Shown: positions 39,601 to 52,333 of the stretch, piece by piece | How positions within the stretch are numbered: the stretch's first letter is position 1 | How the letters are laid out: every line of letters begins with the position of its first letter | Source of the DNA: Eledone cirrhosa | Lineage: Eukaryota | Direction of reading: 5' to 3' | Length of the DNA stretch: 64,000 nt | Assembly: GCA_964016885.1 (NCBI GenBank) | Contig: OZ024742.1 | Location: 61,628,001-61,692,000 of the forward strand | The notes under the pieces: generated by a model | The model's database searches: none | What the model was told of the DNA's origin: nothing | Seen by the model: only the letters and a program-made list of their open reading frames with translations | Made by a program: the position numbers and the translations under genes

Positions 39601-40700
39601 TTCCTCAGCGACCCCCAACTGGTGTGGGCACCGTTTGTGAGACAGGCTTTCCCACAGCTCGTCTCGCTGACGGAGCTGTGGTCCTGGGTCAAGAAAAGAC
39701 CGAAAACGATGTGCGCCTGGCACATTTAATGCGCTCAGGCGCTCACAGTCCTCTGGCAAGCGGACGCAGCAATCAGTGGAGACTCCACTTCGACATTCTA
39801 TAGAGGGATTGCACGTTACAAGGGCGACGACGTGCTCGAAGAGACTCTAGGCGTCGACGACGATGAGCTCACCAGTCTCTTTGGTAGGACTTTCCGCCCA
39901 GGACCTATGGACAACTTCCAGAGGTCCCTGGCCTGGCAGTGCTACCGAGGAGCTCCACCGGTTCGTGACAAGATCTACAAGCACGGACGCCCCGACACGG
40001 ATACTTCCAAGAGGACGTGTCCAAGATGTGCGCAGGACATTGAAGCAGTCCTGCACGCAATTGTACACTGCCCGAGCGTAACTGACCTGTGGAACTATGC
40101 AGAACAACTGCTGTCGTGTATGGGACAAATCCAGTTGACTGCCGAGTCCATAGTAAGGATCAAACCGCCAGCCTCTTTCAAAAACGAAAGAGAGGCGGTT
40201 TTCCTCTGTACGGTGGCTATGGTGAAAGAAGTTATATGGTGGACGAGATTGAGAGGACTGAGGACAGATGCCTTTCTCTCCGGATAACAATTGATTCCCT
40301 TCTTTCAGTATCTCTTTAGAAGCAGAATCAGGGTGGAGAGAGAGGCACTGCACCCCATTAAATTTACTGAAAGGTGGGTGAATGAAGCGAAAATGGCCCG
40401 AGTGATTGGGCCTTCTCTGTTTATAAGCCTGTAGGTTGAAGAAGACAGCAAAAGAAAGAAAGGAGCACTTGCACAACACGCTTTTGAAGTTGAGGATTGT
40501 TCTATCGATGGGGTATTAAACAACCTATTTGTAACGCTTCCCCCCAATTGGGGATTTCGATTGTTGTAATTGTTTGTTTTTATATTTTTTACACGACTGT
40601 ATGTAAAATCCCCGGTATGTCTTTGTATTGTCCCCTTTTCTTGTGCGCCCTTGTGGCAAATAAAGAAATATATCTATCTATCCATCTATCTTTCTATCTA
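36699..40700 (+). mobile_element. L1/Tx1-clade LINE subfamily B, internally deleted, in (TATC)n
   Basis: ORF1 N-part (RGKQYGSVSVQF ~ RGKKYATVDVLF of A) joined at about 37610 to ORF2 from YSDH on; ends CCCTTGTGGCAAATAAAGAAATA(TATC)n; (CTAT)n upstream. Confidence 0.88.
37622..40434 (+). pseudogene. Tx1-B ORF2 remnant (RT, CCHC; most of APE missing)
   Basis: GPGYWKLN, KSPGLDG, QGCPLS, YADD, CPRC…LHAIVHC; clear homology to subfamily A ORF2. Confidence 0.88.
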
Positions 40701-41304
40701 ACCGGGACTGCGGAAAGCGGTGTCGGCCTACGCCGACGACTTTACAGTAATGGTGTCGAGCACCTCGCAAATCGAGGAAGTCGGCACCTTACTGAAGGAA
40801 TACGAAAAGTTCACAGGAGCTAAGCTGAACCGGGACAAGTCCATCGGTTTGCAACTCGGATCGTGGAGAGGCAAACAGATGCCTTCCAATGGCGTCGTCG
40901 GATGCTGGACGGAAGGACCGGTGAAGCTACTCGGGGTCTGGTTTGGTCCGGACCTCCAGGTGGAGAAGAACTGGAACGAGGTGACGGCCAAGGTGTTTGC
41001 ACTCACCCAGAAGTGGGCCGCGTGCAAACTATCCTTGAAAGGTTGAGCGGAGGTGGCGAACACTTTTATAGTGTCCGTCATCTACTACCGATTGACCAGC
41101 CAAAACCATGCCAAAACGCTCACCAAAATGGGGTATGTGCTACTCATATGAACTGTCTCCCTCTATTGGGGAAAATCGATTAACTTTCAATTTACAATTG
41201 TGATAACATTTAAAACGTTTTTATTGTATGTAAACTCCCCGCTTTGTAATTGTCCCCTTCTTTTGTGCCCCTGTGGCTAATAAAGAAACATATCTATCTT
41301 TCTA

Positions 41305-41305
<1 letters not shown>
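40701..41305 (+). mobile_element. Second Tx1-B fragment (RT piece fused to 3'UTR) in tandem
   Basis: SAYADD…CKLSLKG then a jump to the 3'UTR ending CCCTGTGGCTAATAAAGAAACATATCTATC. Confidence 0.8.
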
Positions 41306-41369
<64 letters not shown>

Positions 41370-41370
<1 letters not shown>

Positions 41371-42905
41371 CGACAGAGCTGTTCTGCTAGAGAATGGGTC
41401 GCAGGTGGCAGATAGTGATATGGCCACCAGATATGATGGCTACTTGGGATATAAACAGGCAACTGCCGGACGAATAAGGCACCCCGGAACAACCCCGTAA
41501 ACTACTATGGGAGGTGGGTCAATGGGCGACACATGTGGCTCCCAAAAAGAACTTTCACAACCCAGTGACGTAGCCGTAGCTACGATGAGGCGAGTAGAGG
41601 CTACGCTTAAAAAGCCTAGTCTTTGCAGGTTTGACAAAGTACCGGATTGGTGACTGGCGCGAATAAAACCGCTGAAACTGAAACTGAAATAGGATGAGGA
41701 AAACAAACAGAACCATAGCGCATCGTCCTTCGCGCGCGCTGGTTAAGGTTAACAAGGGACGTATATACCCTTAGGTAGAGAAACCTGTTCGAAAAATATA
41801 TTGCAGTCTCCATTTCATGCTGCAAAAACTAGCGATAGGCCTGCAAATTGTCCTGGCCCAAAGAGGATCAGGAAGGGAGTGAATCTTGTTAATTAAAACC
41901 CAAAACAACACAAACCATACAGGTAATGTGCAGGAACTAGTGGAGGAGGCTAAATGCTACCGGCTAGATATAGTTAGGGTTTCCTCAACAAAGTTCCGTG
42001 ACTCTGATAATATAGATTTGAATGGAGGATTGAAACGCCACTATTCAGGTGTGGCGCCAGAAATAACTGCACAGGTGGGAGTGGGAATATTCACAAGCCC
42101 CCGGCTGTCACAATGTGTTATGGACTGGATCCCATTAGGCGAGAGGATTTGCCTCTTGAAGCTTAGGCTGAAAGATAGGTCAGTGTGGGAGGTGCAACTT
42201 TATGCTCCAAACAGAGACCGAATACAGCTCCTTCCTGTATTTGGACTGAAATCACTGCAGCGTTAGATGTAGTTAAGACTGAGTCATATATCCAGATGGG
42301 AGACTTCAATGCACATGTTGACACTGACCACCTGACATGGAAGGAATGGTGACTCCGATCTAAATGCGAATAGAAAGGCCTTACTAGACTTCTGTTGTAG
42401 CAATAGACTCTCTATCATGAACACTTTTTTCCAGCACAGACACATCCATAAATATACATGGCACAAGAGGTATAAAGGACAGGGATCAATAATTGAGTTT
42501 GTTATTGTCTCTGATCTTTTTGATTCTATGCTGGATGTTTGTACGAAGAGAGGAGCTGTTCACTGATCACCATATAGTTATCTGTAACTTGAGACTAACC
42601 AAAAACAAGGAAGCCCACAAAACTTGCAGGTCCAGGGTGACAAACAGGATAAAGAGGGAAGCATTGATGGATAAGGATGTCAGGACCAGGTATTCAGATA
42701 CTTTGCATCCAAATTCAGAAAACTCCTTCAGCAAACTGAGGACGTTGAAATAGAGATGAGATTCTCTAGCGCAACAATTTCTGCTTCATTTGTTAAATGC
42801 TTCGGAACAAAGAGGATTGGTGTGGCGCCGGATGGTAGGAGAACCCCTTGGTTTAATCACGAGGTCGAAGATGACATCCTAGCAAAGAAAGCGGCTTACA
42901 AAGTT
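41370..42905 (+). mobile_element. Degenerate RTE-like LINE 5' portion (5'UTR + APE endonuclease)
   Basis: ELVEEAKCYRLDIV…GVGIFTSPRL…QLYAPN, GDFNAHV, NTFFQH…HKYTW, TDHHIV. Confidence 0.75.
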
Positions 42906-43926
42906 TCCATCTACAAAATGTCATTTACAACGCTTTGCTCATCCCGCGACTATAGTAGCAGAAATATGCACATGATTCTACGTACCCGAAACCACGTAAT
43001 TACAAAGCGAACTTCTTAACCCCACAGCCATGCCTACACATGTATGGCTATGCGTGTGCCAACAATTACTTTGTGGTTTTCCGTGAGTTTTATGAGGTGA
43101 ACATTTTGGCATATTTTCAACATCTTGTTACAAGCATTAGGCGGTTTATTACTACTACGATTTTAAGTTATAAATGTCTGTCTTTTTAAAACATACATCA
43201 TTTAGTTTCTCATTTTCAAAATCTTCAACCCATCTATCGCATGTAGCTCTATGGTTTTTACAACCAATTAAACCAAGCCAAACAGAATCTTTCAGTTTGC
43301 TTCATTCCCTCAGGCTAAATCTTTATTACAATTTTGGTTTCTAAACCGATTATAAATACATGATTCTCAAAACATGCTATACGGTTCAGTTTAATAAACT
43401 GTATTGGTGGAGACAAACTCACAATATGTGGATGGACACAAAATGGGAGTGGGGGAGTACCGCGAGTACCAGATGATAAACCACTACTGTTAAAAACCCA
43501 AAATACTATTTTTCTCAAAAAGATCTGGGTTCTTTTATTTATAAACCCGTTGATAAAACACTTATGAGTGATTTCGGTGATCCAATGAATGTATATAATG
43601 CTTGATAAGCAAGCAGAAATGTGGGGTGCTTTGAGTCGACTAAACTAATAGTTTCTGTCTGTATGTGGGTCGGTAATCCTAAATGTTTTTCATATTTTCT
43701 ATTATATCTTGTGTTACCTATTTTCTGTTTTATAATATTTCAGAGTTCTTTCCTTTTCCATCAAATTAATCTGTATATTTTATTAAGTCCTTGCTGCTAA
43801 GCTCCTTTTTATATAACGTTGTTTATCCAGGCCTACATTATTGTAACCCCTATGTTTATAAAGTTAACAATATTTTACTTGCAAGCCTTTGTGGCTAATA
43901 AAGACATCATTATTATAATACAATGA

Positions 43927-44120
43927 AAGGCGGTGAATTGGCAGTATCGGTAGAGGGTCGGACGCCATGCTTTGACGTATAGAGTTACGGCCCTTGCCAT
44001 TCTGAGTTCAAATCCCGCCGAGGTTAACTTTGCCTTTCATCCTTACGGGGTCGATAAAATAAAGTACCAGTAATGCACTGGGTAATTGCTGGCTTTGTGC
44101 CAAAAGTAGAAACAATTATT
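43927..44120 (+). mobile_element. tRNA-derived SINE (array family)
   Basis: Nearly identical to array copy 2; follows a Tx1-like 3' end (CCTTTGTGGCTAATAAAGACATCATTATT). Confidence 0.85.
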
Positions 44121-44133
44121 ATAATACAATCTA

Positions 44134-44343
44134 AGGGCGGTAGATTTGATAGATCTTTATAGCGCCAGACAAAATGATTTTGGGTATTTTTCCAGTTTTT
44201 TACATTGTGAATTTGAATCACACCATGGTCAACTTTTCCTTTCCTCTTCCAGGATCAACAGATTAGAGTACCAATCAACTTGATTTTATCGATTTTCCAT
44301 TCACCATCCGTTAATGGGTTGCGCCAAAATTGGAAACCATTAT
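44134..44343 (+). mobile_element. Diverged SINE in tandem with the previous one
   Basis: AGGGCGGTAGATTTG…AGAGTACCAATC…GCGCCAAAATTGGAAACCATTATT. Confidence 0.6.
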
Positions 44344-44354
44344 TCTACGAATTG

Positions 44355-44560
44355 GAAGGACACACGTCTCTATAACTAAAACAAAAATAGATTGCAAGAG
44401 AGTCAGTTCTGATTTTGGTTCCCATCTCATCACCAGATGTACACACATATTGACTTCGGTGGCGATTTTGAAAAGGCATATTCGCCTCAATATTCATGTT
44501 ATCCTACTGGGTTCAAGAGAAAGCATAGATACAAAGATGGATTGAGTAAAGTAGTCCAAG
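44355..44560 (+). pseudogene. Possible Tc1/mariner transposase relic
   Basis: With frameshifts reads H-S--KT---CK---SDF W-P-SSPD---IDF---ILK, resembling the 'WPPSSPDLNPLD' region; no TIRs seen. Confidence 0.3.
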
Positions 44561-45469
44561 ATAATGAATTCACACCTCATCCGCCGATGAGCATACAGCA
44601 GTTCGATTAGTTAAACCTCCAGCTCATGAATAAACGTGTAAGTGGTTGAGTATTCCACAGATTCTCGTAGCCTTGACACAATTCCTAAGCATATCATAGC
44701 GACACGATGTGACATGTCTGGACCTTTGAATTACAACTATGATCGATCTGACAGTTTCCAAACTGTTTCTATCTTTCCAAACTTCTTCACCGGGTTTGAA
44801 TGGTCCCTGACGTGGAAGAATGACAAAATACTTCATTTGCACTCGAGGTCTTGGGTGGGATATTACTGCTGGGCACCTTAAGTAAGTCTCTTTTACCGTA
44901 ACCTCGGCTCGACTAAAACTTCGTGTGGGAAATTGGGGAGACGGAAACATTGAATGGATTATACCCGTAAAGTCCGGCCTTATCACATTTCGTAACGCTG
45001 GTTCGACTTGGTAATTATGTAAAGAGTACACGTGTCTGTGATATATTCAACGGAACGCTTATCATAAAAAACAACGAAGAATCAACCATCTAGGAGTACA
45101 TGATGCAATGTGTCTTTTATTTTGGTTTCTCTTGTATCTAGCAGTGTACGATTTTAAGGCGATTCAAGAGGTATATCAAAAGTGTGTTTTGCTTTTATAC
45201 CAGCAACTATAATTTAATGCTCAGCGTTAAGACCGACGGAGAATCCATCATTGATATTATTCACATCATCGTTGAACATAAATTGTTTGTTTCTTGTTAC
45301 TTTTTAGTTTTATTGCTTTCGTTGTTATTATCATTATTATTTATTATTGTTGTTCTGCCATTTATTTACCTATAATTACACGCTGTATAAGGCAAGAACA
45401 CTTTGTTTTGTTTGAAATGACGCTGAGTAAAGAGGAATGAATGAGTGAGAGATGAACGAGTGAGAGAAT

Positions 45470-45547
<78 letters not shown>

Positions 45548-45568
45548 AGAGAGAGAGAGAGAGAGAGA
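45470..45568. repeat. (GA)n microsatellite
   Basis: Direct reading. Confidence 0.95.
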
Positions 45569-46035
45569 AACAGAGCATGAGAGGGGCAGTGAAAGAGTGT
45601 ATAAACCTCAGTTAGAGGAGAGATCTAAAGTGAATTGACCTCTAAAGAAAAGCTGGAATAGATAAAAATAAAAGGAAAAAACGCAATTTATTCAAATTCT
45701 ACCGCTAAGTGCTACAAATAATAGAACTATCTATTCGTCTTCACCTCGCCTCCTCATTCTCCCTCACCTCTTCTTTCCCCCATCGCCTCCTTTTCTCTAC
45801 ACCCTTAACTTCTCCTTCACTAACACCCTTCCTCCTCAATCATCGACTTTTCTACCTCTTCCTCCCCCTACCAACCTCTACAACCTCTTCATCACCCATC
45901 AATTCCTACTACTCCTCATTTAGGTTAGAAGACTTAAGGTAGATACATGATTACTTTAAAATAGTGAACAGAAATGTTGGTAAAAATTATACATCTAGTT
46001 ATACGTATGTAACATCTAGTCATACGTATGTATGT

Positions 46036-47555
46036 ACTTTTTTCTGGAGCGAGAGATTCCTAGTCTTTATTAAGACATCTCTCAAGGAGAAAGTCAATCT
46101 GATATAAAACCTTCGACTTCGTTTGCATCCAATGATGTAGACCAGTTCTTCTTTTGGGGCAAATGTTCAGAGAGTGGGATTGGCCCCGTGCAAAGTCTTT
46201 TCTCACTTAAAAAAGCTTCAAGCACAGGCTTCGCTTGCTATGTGACATTTTTTGCGATGCATGGTATTGCTGACCATAGGCAAGTCCCTAGCAGACTAAA
46301 AGGCTACGACCATGATGCTCATGCTTAAGTATCAGGTGATGGAATTACTGGAAATCGAGTTACAGCCCTCATGTATGTTATCTCTTTCTCTTAATTTCGA
46401 GTATATTTTTGACCGGCCACCTTCCTGGTGGCAAGGTTGTAGAAGAAAAGAAATTGTCATCCCTTGAATCGCAAGAATGTTTTGCAAATTTTGAAGGTGC
46501 CAGCTATCGCAGCCATTTGTAGACTATGAATTAGGGAGCTGCGCTCTTTATCCGCAAATCCAAGTTCAGTCATACATTGGTCCAAGCGGGTTGGTATATA
46601 ACCCGTAGCTCCAATAATGATGGGTAAGAAGCTAAAGGTGTATCTTGGATACTGGATCTGTAAACTCCTCATCAATGGTCCGTAGATGTCCTCCTTCTCC
46701 TGTATTTTTCTGACAACGTTTACATCAAGTGGGCAGCTGATCTCCACAACAGAACACGTTTTCAATGTGTGGTCCCAAACAACAATATCAGGCCGGTTGT
46801 GCTTTAATTTGGTGGCAGGTTTTATTTTCATGTTTTACCAGTATTCCTTAGTGCCATCTGTCTCAATATATTCTTCCTCGTTTGTTTTCAATTTTGTTTT
46901 CCGAAGTGCGTTCCAGATGGTTCTAGCTATCCCATCGTGTCTCATGGGGAGGTAGTAGCGAGATGACATTCTTTCGCAGCTGGCAACAATGTGGCTTACA
47001 TCTTCGATCTTTGTTTTACATAGCCTACATTTATTGTCAGCTGCTGGCCCTCCTCTTTTGTGCAGCAGATATTTGGTAGGGAGTTCTTGTTCCTGTATTG
47101 CATAGAGATATCCCTCAAGGTGTGATATCATAAACTAGTCGGAACTCCATGCCAGGCTTTTTGAGTGGTTTATCCCCTCTATGGTCTGTGTTTTACGTCC
47201 CAAGTATCCGTGCACAACTTTTTCTGTAAATTGGTCAATTTTTTCATCTTGTTTGAACATTGAATAGGATCTGCCGATTTCTCTGGGTGAGAGACTTATA
47301 TCAGGCTTTATTCCATATCTCTCCTCCAGATCAGTGGCTATCCTAATGATATTTTTTTCTTCATGCTCATAAACCTGGGCAAGATGGTTGCCAACCTTTT
47401 TCCTCTATTGAAGATGTTGCTTCGGTGTTACTATCCGGGTCTCATATGATGTTCATATGGATTTTAGACCCCGGCCACCTTCCTTGCGTGAGAAGTATAG
47501 CCTATCCACATCACCATTGATGTTAAAGTTCCCAGTAACACTGAGAAGTTTGCGA
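46036..47555 (-). mobile_element. 5'-truncated R4/Dong-like non-LTR retrotransposon with restriction-like endonuclease
   Basis: EGYLYAIQEQ, CRLCKTKIEDVSHIVASC, RHD, HNRPDIVVWD…VVEISCP (PD-D/ExK); (TATG)n on both flanks. Confidence 0.82.
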
Positions 47556-47574
47556 GTATGTATATATGTAATTA

Positions 47575-47687
47575 TGTATGTATGTATGTATGTATGTATG
47601 TATGTATGTATGTATGTATGTATGTATGTATGTATGTATGTATGTATGTATGTATGTATGTATGTATGTATGTACGTATGTATGTAT
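47575..47687. repeat. (TATG)n microsatellite between R4-like copies
   Basis: Direct reading. Confidence 0.95.
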
Positions 47688-48025
47688 CACCGGGACATAG
47701 AATTACTCAGTTTGGAGGCCGAGCACGTGGTGAACTCACCGGGAGTGAGGGACACCTGTTTCTTGTTAGGCCATCGTTTTAGGAGAAGAAAATATCTAAT
47801 ATATAACCTGATGTTCTTTTTGGATATCTGTCATCGTTGTTCAGAGAGTGAAATTAGTCCAGAGCAAGGCCTTTCTTCACTTTAAAAAAGATTCAAGCAC
47901 ATGCATCACTTGATATAAACGACTGTCACGTCTGTTGGGCGACTCTTCTTTTTTCTTTCGCTGCAGCATATGCAGAAAGGAATCTAAGCCCTTGGCAGGG
48001 CTAAAATATCGTGTGTCTGCCACTC
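47688..48025 (-). mobile_element. Second R4-like 3'UTR fragment
   Basis: GTTCAGAGAGTG…CACTTTAAAAAAGATTCAAGCAC matches 46166-46225. Confidence 0.6.
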
Positions 48026-48136
48026 ACATATAAGAAAAAGTCAATTGTAGAAACCGAGATGCAGCCATTATGTATGCATGTATATAGGATGTGGGGAGGA
48101 TATATATGTGTGTGAGTGTGTGTGTGTGAGTGTGTT

Positions 48137-48210
<74 letters not shown>

Positions 48211-48315
48211 AATGAGAGGTATAGAGATTGTTTTAGCAAGAAGCTAACGGCATTCTATAACATATATGCGACTATAACGTCAAGATGGGAAAAGTAGTTA
48301 ACGAAAGATTTAGGA

Positions 48316-48363
<48 letters not shown>

Positions 48364-48843
48364 TCTGAATTTCGGGCGATATAAGATAGACCGACTAAAA
48401 TAAGTTGGTTTTATTCATAGAGTTTCACGATCAAGGTATCTGAAATTCAAAAAACAACATTAATTATTCCTAAACATTGGAATAAACTATATTGGAAGAA
48501 ATACAATTCCGTTATTGGGAGGAAAATTCTTTGGAATAAGAGAAGTTGAATACATATCAAACAAAACATGTTGTTGCTGAACCACATGATGCCCAATGTA
48601 ATGCCCCGCTGAATTACAATATGAATATATCCCACTCAATATATTAGGACAATACGACGGGTGTATATTGACAGATAGAGTCATAAATTAATAATATATA
48701 TATCCAGGAACGATCGACTTTCGTCAAATCGGACCGGGGAAACAATATTTCCATTGGTCTTTCCAATTGTTAATACTATCCATCGGTCGCAACTCCAGGT
48801 AGAAGGAGTAACATGAAATAAAGTGTCTTTCTCAAGCACATCG

Positions 48844-49212
48844 CAGTCTCACTTATTTTAAATTTTCAGAAAACAGGGGGAGATAAAGCTGACAGAGCTA
48901 TGTTTCGTACTGATTGGTACTTATCAAAGCCAAGTACTCCACCTATTACTAGAAATTCTATAAGAATCAAACATTCATGATTTTCAGCAAACAGGTGGAG
49001 TACTTGGCTTTGATAAGTACCAATCAGTACGAAACATAGCTCTGTCAGCTTTATCTCCCCCTGTTTGCTGAAAATTTAAAGTAAGTGAGACTGTCACTAC
49101 TCTAAAACAAAAGCATAAGGTCTTCGAAATGCTTTTAATTAAGCATACAGTGTACTGCAAAATACACTATATATACATTCATATATATATCGCTCTTTCA
49201 GAGCGCCAATTC

Positions 49213-49215
<3 letters not shown>
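48844..49215. mobile_element. Fold-back PLE end (arms 48844-48944 / 48993-49093) abutting a truncated SINE
   Basis: About 100-bp inverted arms; hammerhead with U3:A8 core at 49006-49050. Confidence 0.7.
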
Positions 49216-49303
<88 letters not shown>

Positions 49304-49434
49304 AAAAAGAGATGAAATCGAAAATGCAACTGAAGTCTTATTTTTTTTTTAAATATATATATTTATTTGGTTCCTTTACCAGTTTCGCAGTTCTTCTGCT
49401 TTTCAAAAGGTGAGTTGAGATGGAGGGTCTGTGG

Positions 49435-50546
49435 TTTTTCTTAGACATTAATTTAGACTTCGCACACATACCTTCAAACCCTTCCATACGCTAAACGAAA
49501 AACCTAATTACATACACAAGGACTCGTGACCCTCCTACTGTCTTTAGAAACTTCGTAAATAATTTCAGTACTAGAATCTCTAACCTCTCCTCTAATAAAG
49601 CTATCTTTGACAGAGCGGCCCCCTACTATAACACGGCGTTAGCTAACAGCGGCTTCTCACAACCAATTACTTACTCCCCCACTAACAACAACAGCAATAA
49701 GAAAAGAAATCGTAACAATAGACAAACTATCTGGTTCTCTCCTCCCTTCTCACTCGACGCTAAAACTAATGTAGGAAAACAATTTTTAGCCTTCTTAGAT
49801 AGACACTTTCCCATAGGTCACAAATACCGCTCCATCTTTAACAGACACAGAGTAAAACTAGGGTACTCCTGCGCTAAGAATATGAAGGCCCACATCACCC
49901 ACAGTCCTAAGAGCGGCACTCCACCGGGCCGCTCTTGCCTAAAGCCTGAAGCTTGTCCCCTTCAACAGCAATACAACACACCCGCTGTAGTTTATGAAGC
50001 TGTGGTCACTTACAACCGACCAAATCAACCACAGGTCAAATCCCATGTGGGTATGGCGGAGGGTCGATTTAAGGAACGCTTCCTGAACCATCAGTCGACC
50101 TTTAGGTACCCAGACAAACGATCATCCACGAAGCTCGCGAGCCATGTATCGTCCCTCAAAGACTCATGTATAGACTAATCCCTTCAACGGAAAGCTATTA
50201 CTAAGTCCAAGCCATACGCAAGGGGCAATCCGTCTTGTGGACTGTGTATTGAAGAAAGGATAAATATTCTAAGGAGATTATGTAATAGTAATTGCCTAAA
50301 TTCAAGAAATGAAATCTTCTCATGTTGTCCACACATCTGGAAACACCTCTCCCATAACTACAAAGCTCCGGATTGAATAACAACAACATTCTAATTTTCT
50401 AATCAACTCGAACATTTTATTCCGGACATTAACAGTTATCTCCCTTACACCTTCTTCCTGTTCCGTATAACCATTACTCTGAGCTGAAGATCCGCATAAG
50501 GTGAAACAATTGTTCTCGATATGGTGAACTAACTATTGTGTTACTA

Positions 50547-50550
<4 letters not shown>
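49435..50550 (+). mobile_element. 5'-truncated Naiad-type PLE, degenerate, hammerhead at 50481-50517
   Basis: RISNLSSN, YYNTALANSG, IWFSPPF, HKYRSIFNR, VVYEAVV…HVGMAEGRFKERF, CGLCIEE; GAG-CTGAAGA…GAAAC-AATT-GTT-CTC; (TA)n at the 3' side. Confidence 0.85.
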
Positions 50551-50609
<59 letters not shown>

Positions 50610-51069
50610 TATGTATATTAATTTATAAAGTTATCGGGCAATATATGCCCGTCGTATTGTTCTAATATATTGAGTGGGATATATTCATATGGTAATTCAG
50701 TATATTGCTAGTATATTGCCATACACTATATTGCCAAATATACTATACATACATTTATGTATACATCGCTATTTCAGAGCACCAAAACTAATACCTAATT
50801 TTTGCTGAACCGGCAACCGCTCTGTTTAATCAGCTCTTAAATATTACTGGAATTTTATAAGAATCCAGCTTCTATAACTCTCGGCAGAAGCGAAAGTATG
50901 AGTGGTCTTGATAAATGCTAATGAGCGAGAAACAGGACTGTCGGTCAGTCTCTTGCTTTTGCTGAGAATAAGTAAATGGTATAGTCACTACTTTAAAACT
51001 CATAGCGAATGATCTTCAAAATGTTTTTAATTAAACATACAGTATATTGCCAAATATACTATACGTACA

Positions 51070-51133
<64 letters not shown>

Positions 51134-51756
51134 ATCACATGACCCTCTGCACCCAAACGGAGAAGGGGACAAATGGGTACTCACACAAACACACACACAC
51201 CTTCCCTCACTCACGTACAATTCTTGTTCAGTTTGCCGATTGTATCATTATTATCATTATTATTATTTCTTGTTGTCACGTGACCCTTCATATTCTGATA
51301 TAGCAGGGAAAATAAAACTATTTCTACACACACATAAACAAAATTACTGTATATTGGATTTTGGGAGGAGGGGGTGTTTCACGAACCATTCTATAGACTT
51401 GACCAAAATAGATATGAATTCCTTTTGAGATCGTCACTAACCACGTTCACTGAACCATGCCAATCCCACTTTTGGCGCAAAACTACAACAGAATTCTAGT
51501 CCTAATAACGTGACCAGCAATTTTTGACGCAAAAACTAAACCCAAATTCTATACCTAATCACGTGGGCATCCACAACCAATCAAATTGTACTTTCAACAG
51601 ATAACAACTTAGGCCACTTTTTTTATAAATTTATATAAATATATATATATTTATATAAATTTATATAAATATATATATATTTATATATATTTATATAAAT
51701 TTATATAAATATATATATATTTATATATATTTATATAAATATATATAAATATATAG

Positions 51757-52082
51757 ATTGTTTTGGTAAAAACAGGAGCAAGCAGGAGAAAGCTCTCAAC
51801 AATCGTTGTTTTAGTTACGATGGAGAATTTTATAAAAATAACAAAATAAAATGCTGAGGTTACATATATCGTTTAATCATAATAATTATTTCCACGGATC
51901 TCCATGCAATCGAGATGTCCTTCATGTATTTGCTGTTGATTATGAGAACGGTTTCCTCAGATGAAAATCGATATATTTGATATGTCGCTGGCAGGAAAAC
52001 ACACATCCTAATGCCTGTGCGCCCAGCATACATATGTATCTCGATTGCATGGAGAACCGTGGAAATAATTATTATGATTAAA

Positions 52083-52086
<4 letters not shown>
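51757..52086. mobile_element. PLE 3' end (family of 26888 element) with short inverted arm
   Basis: 51835-52035 matches 26897-27098; 52037-52086 is the reverse complement of 51866-51916. Confidence 0.75.
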
Positions 52087-52166
<80 letters not shown>

Positions 52167-52287
52167 TCCTGAAGAAGCCATTTCTATATTAAATATTTAT
52201 ATATATATATGTGTGTGTGTGTGTATGTGTGTGTATGTGTATCCCAGGTTCAATCGGAGGTAACCACAGTAAGGTACTCAATACATA

Positions 52288-52328
<41 letters not shown>

Positions 52329-52333
<5 letters not shown>

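Noticed and set aside
44624-45031. 135-aa minus-strand ORF as host exon
   Set aside because: No recognisable domain, no ATG start and no convincing splice context.
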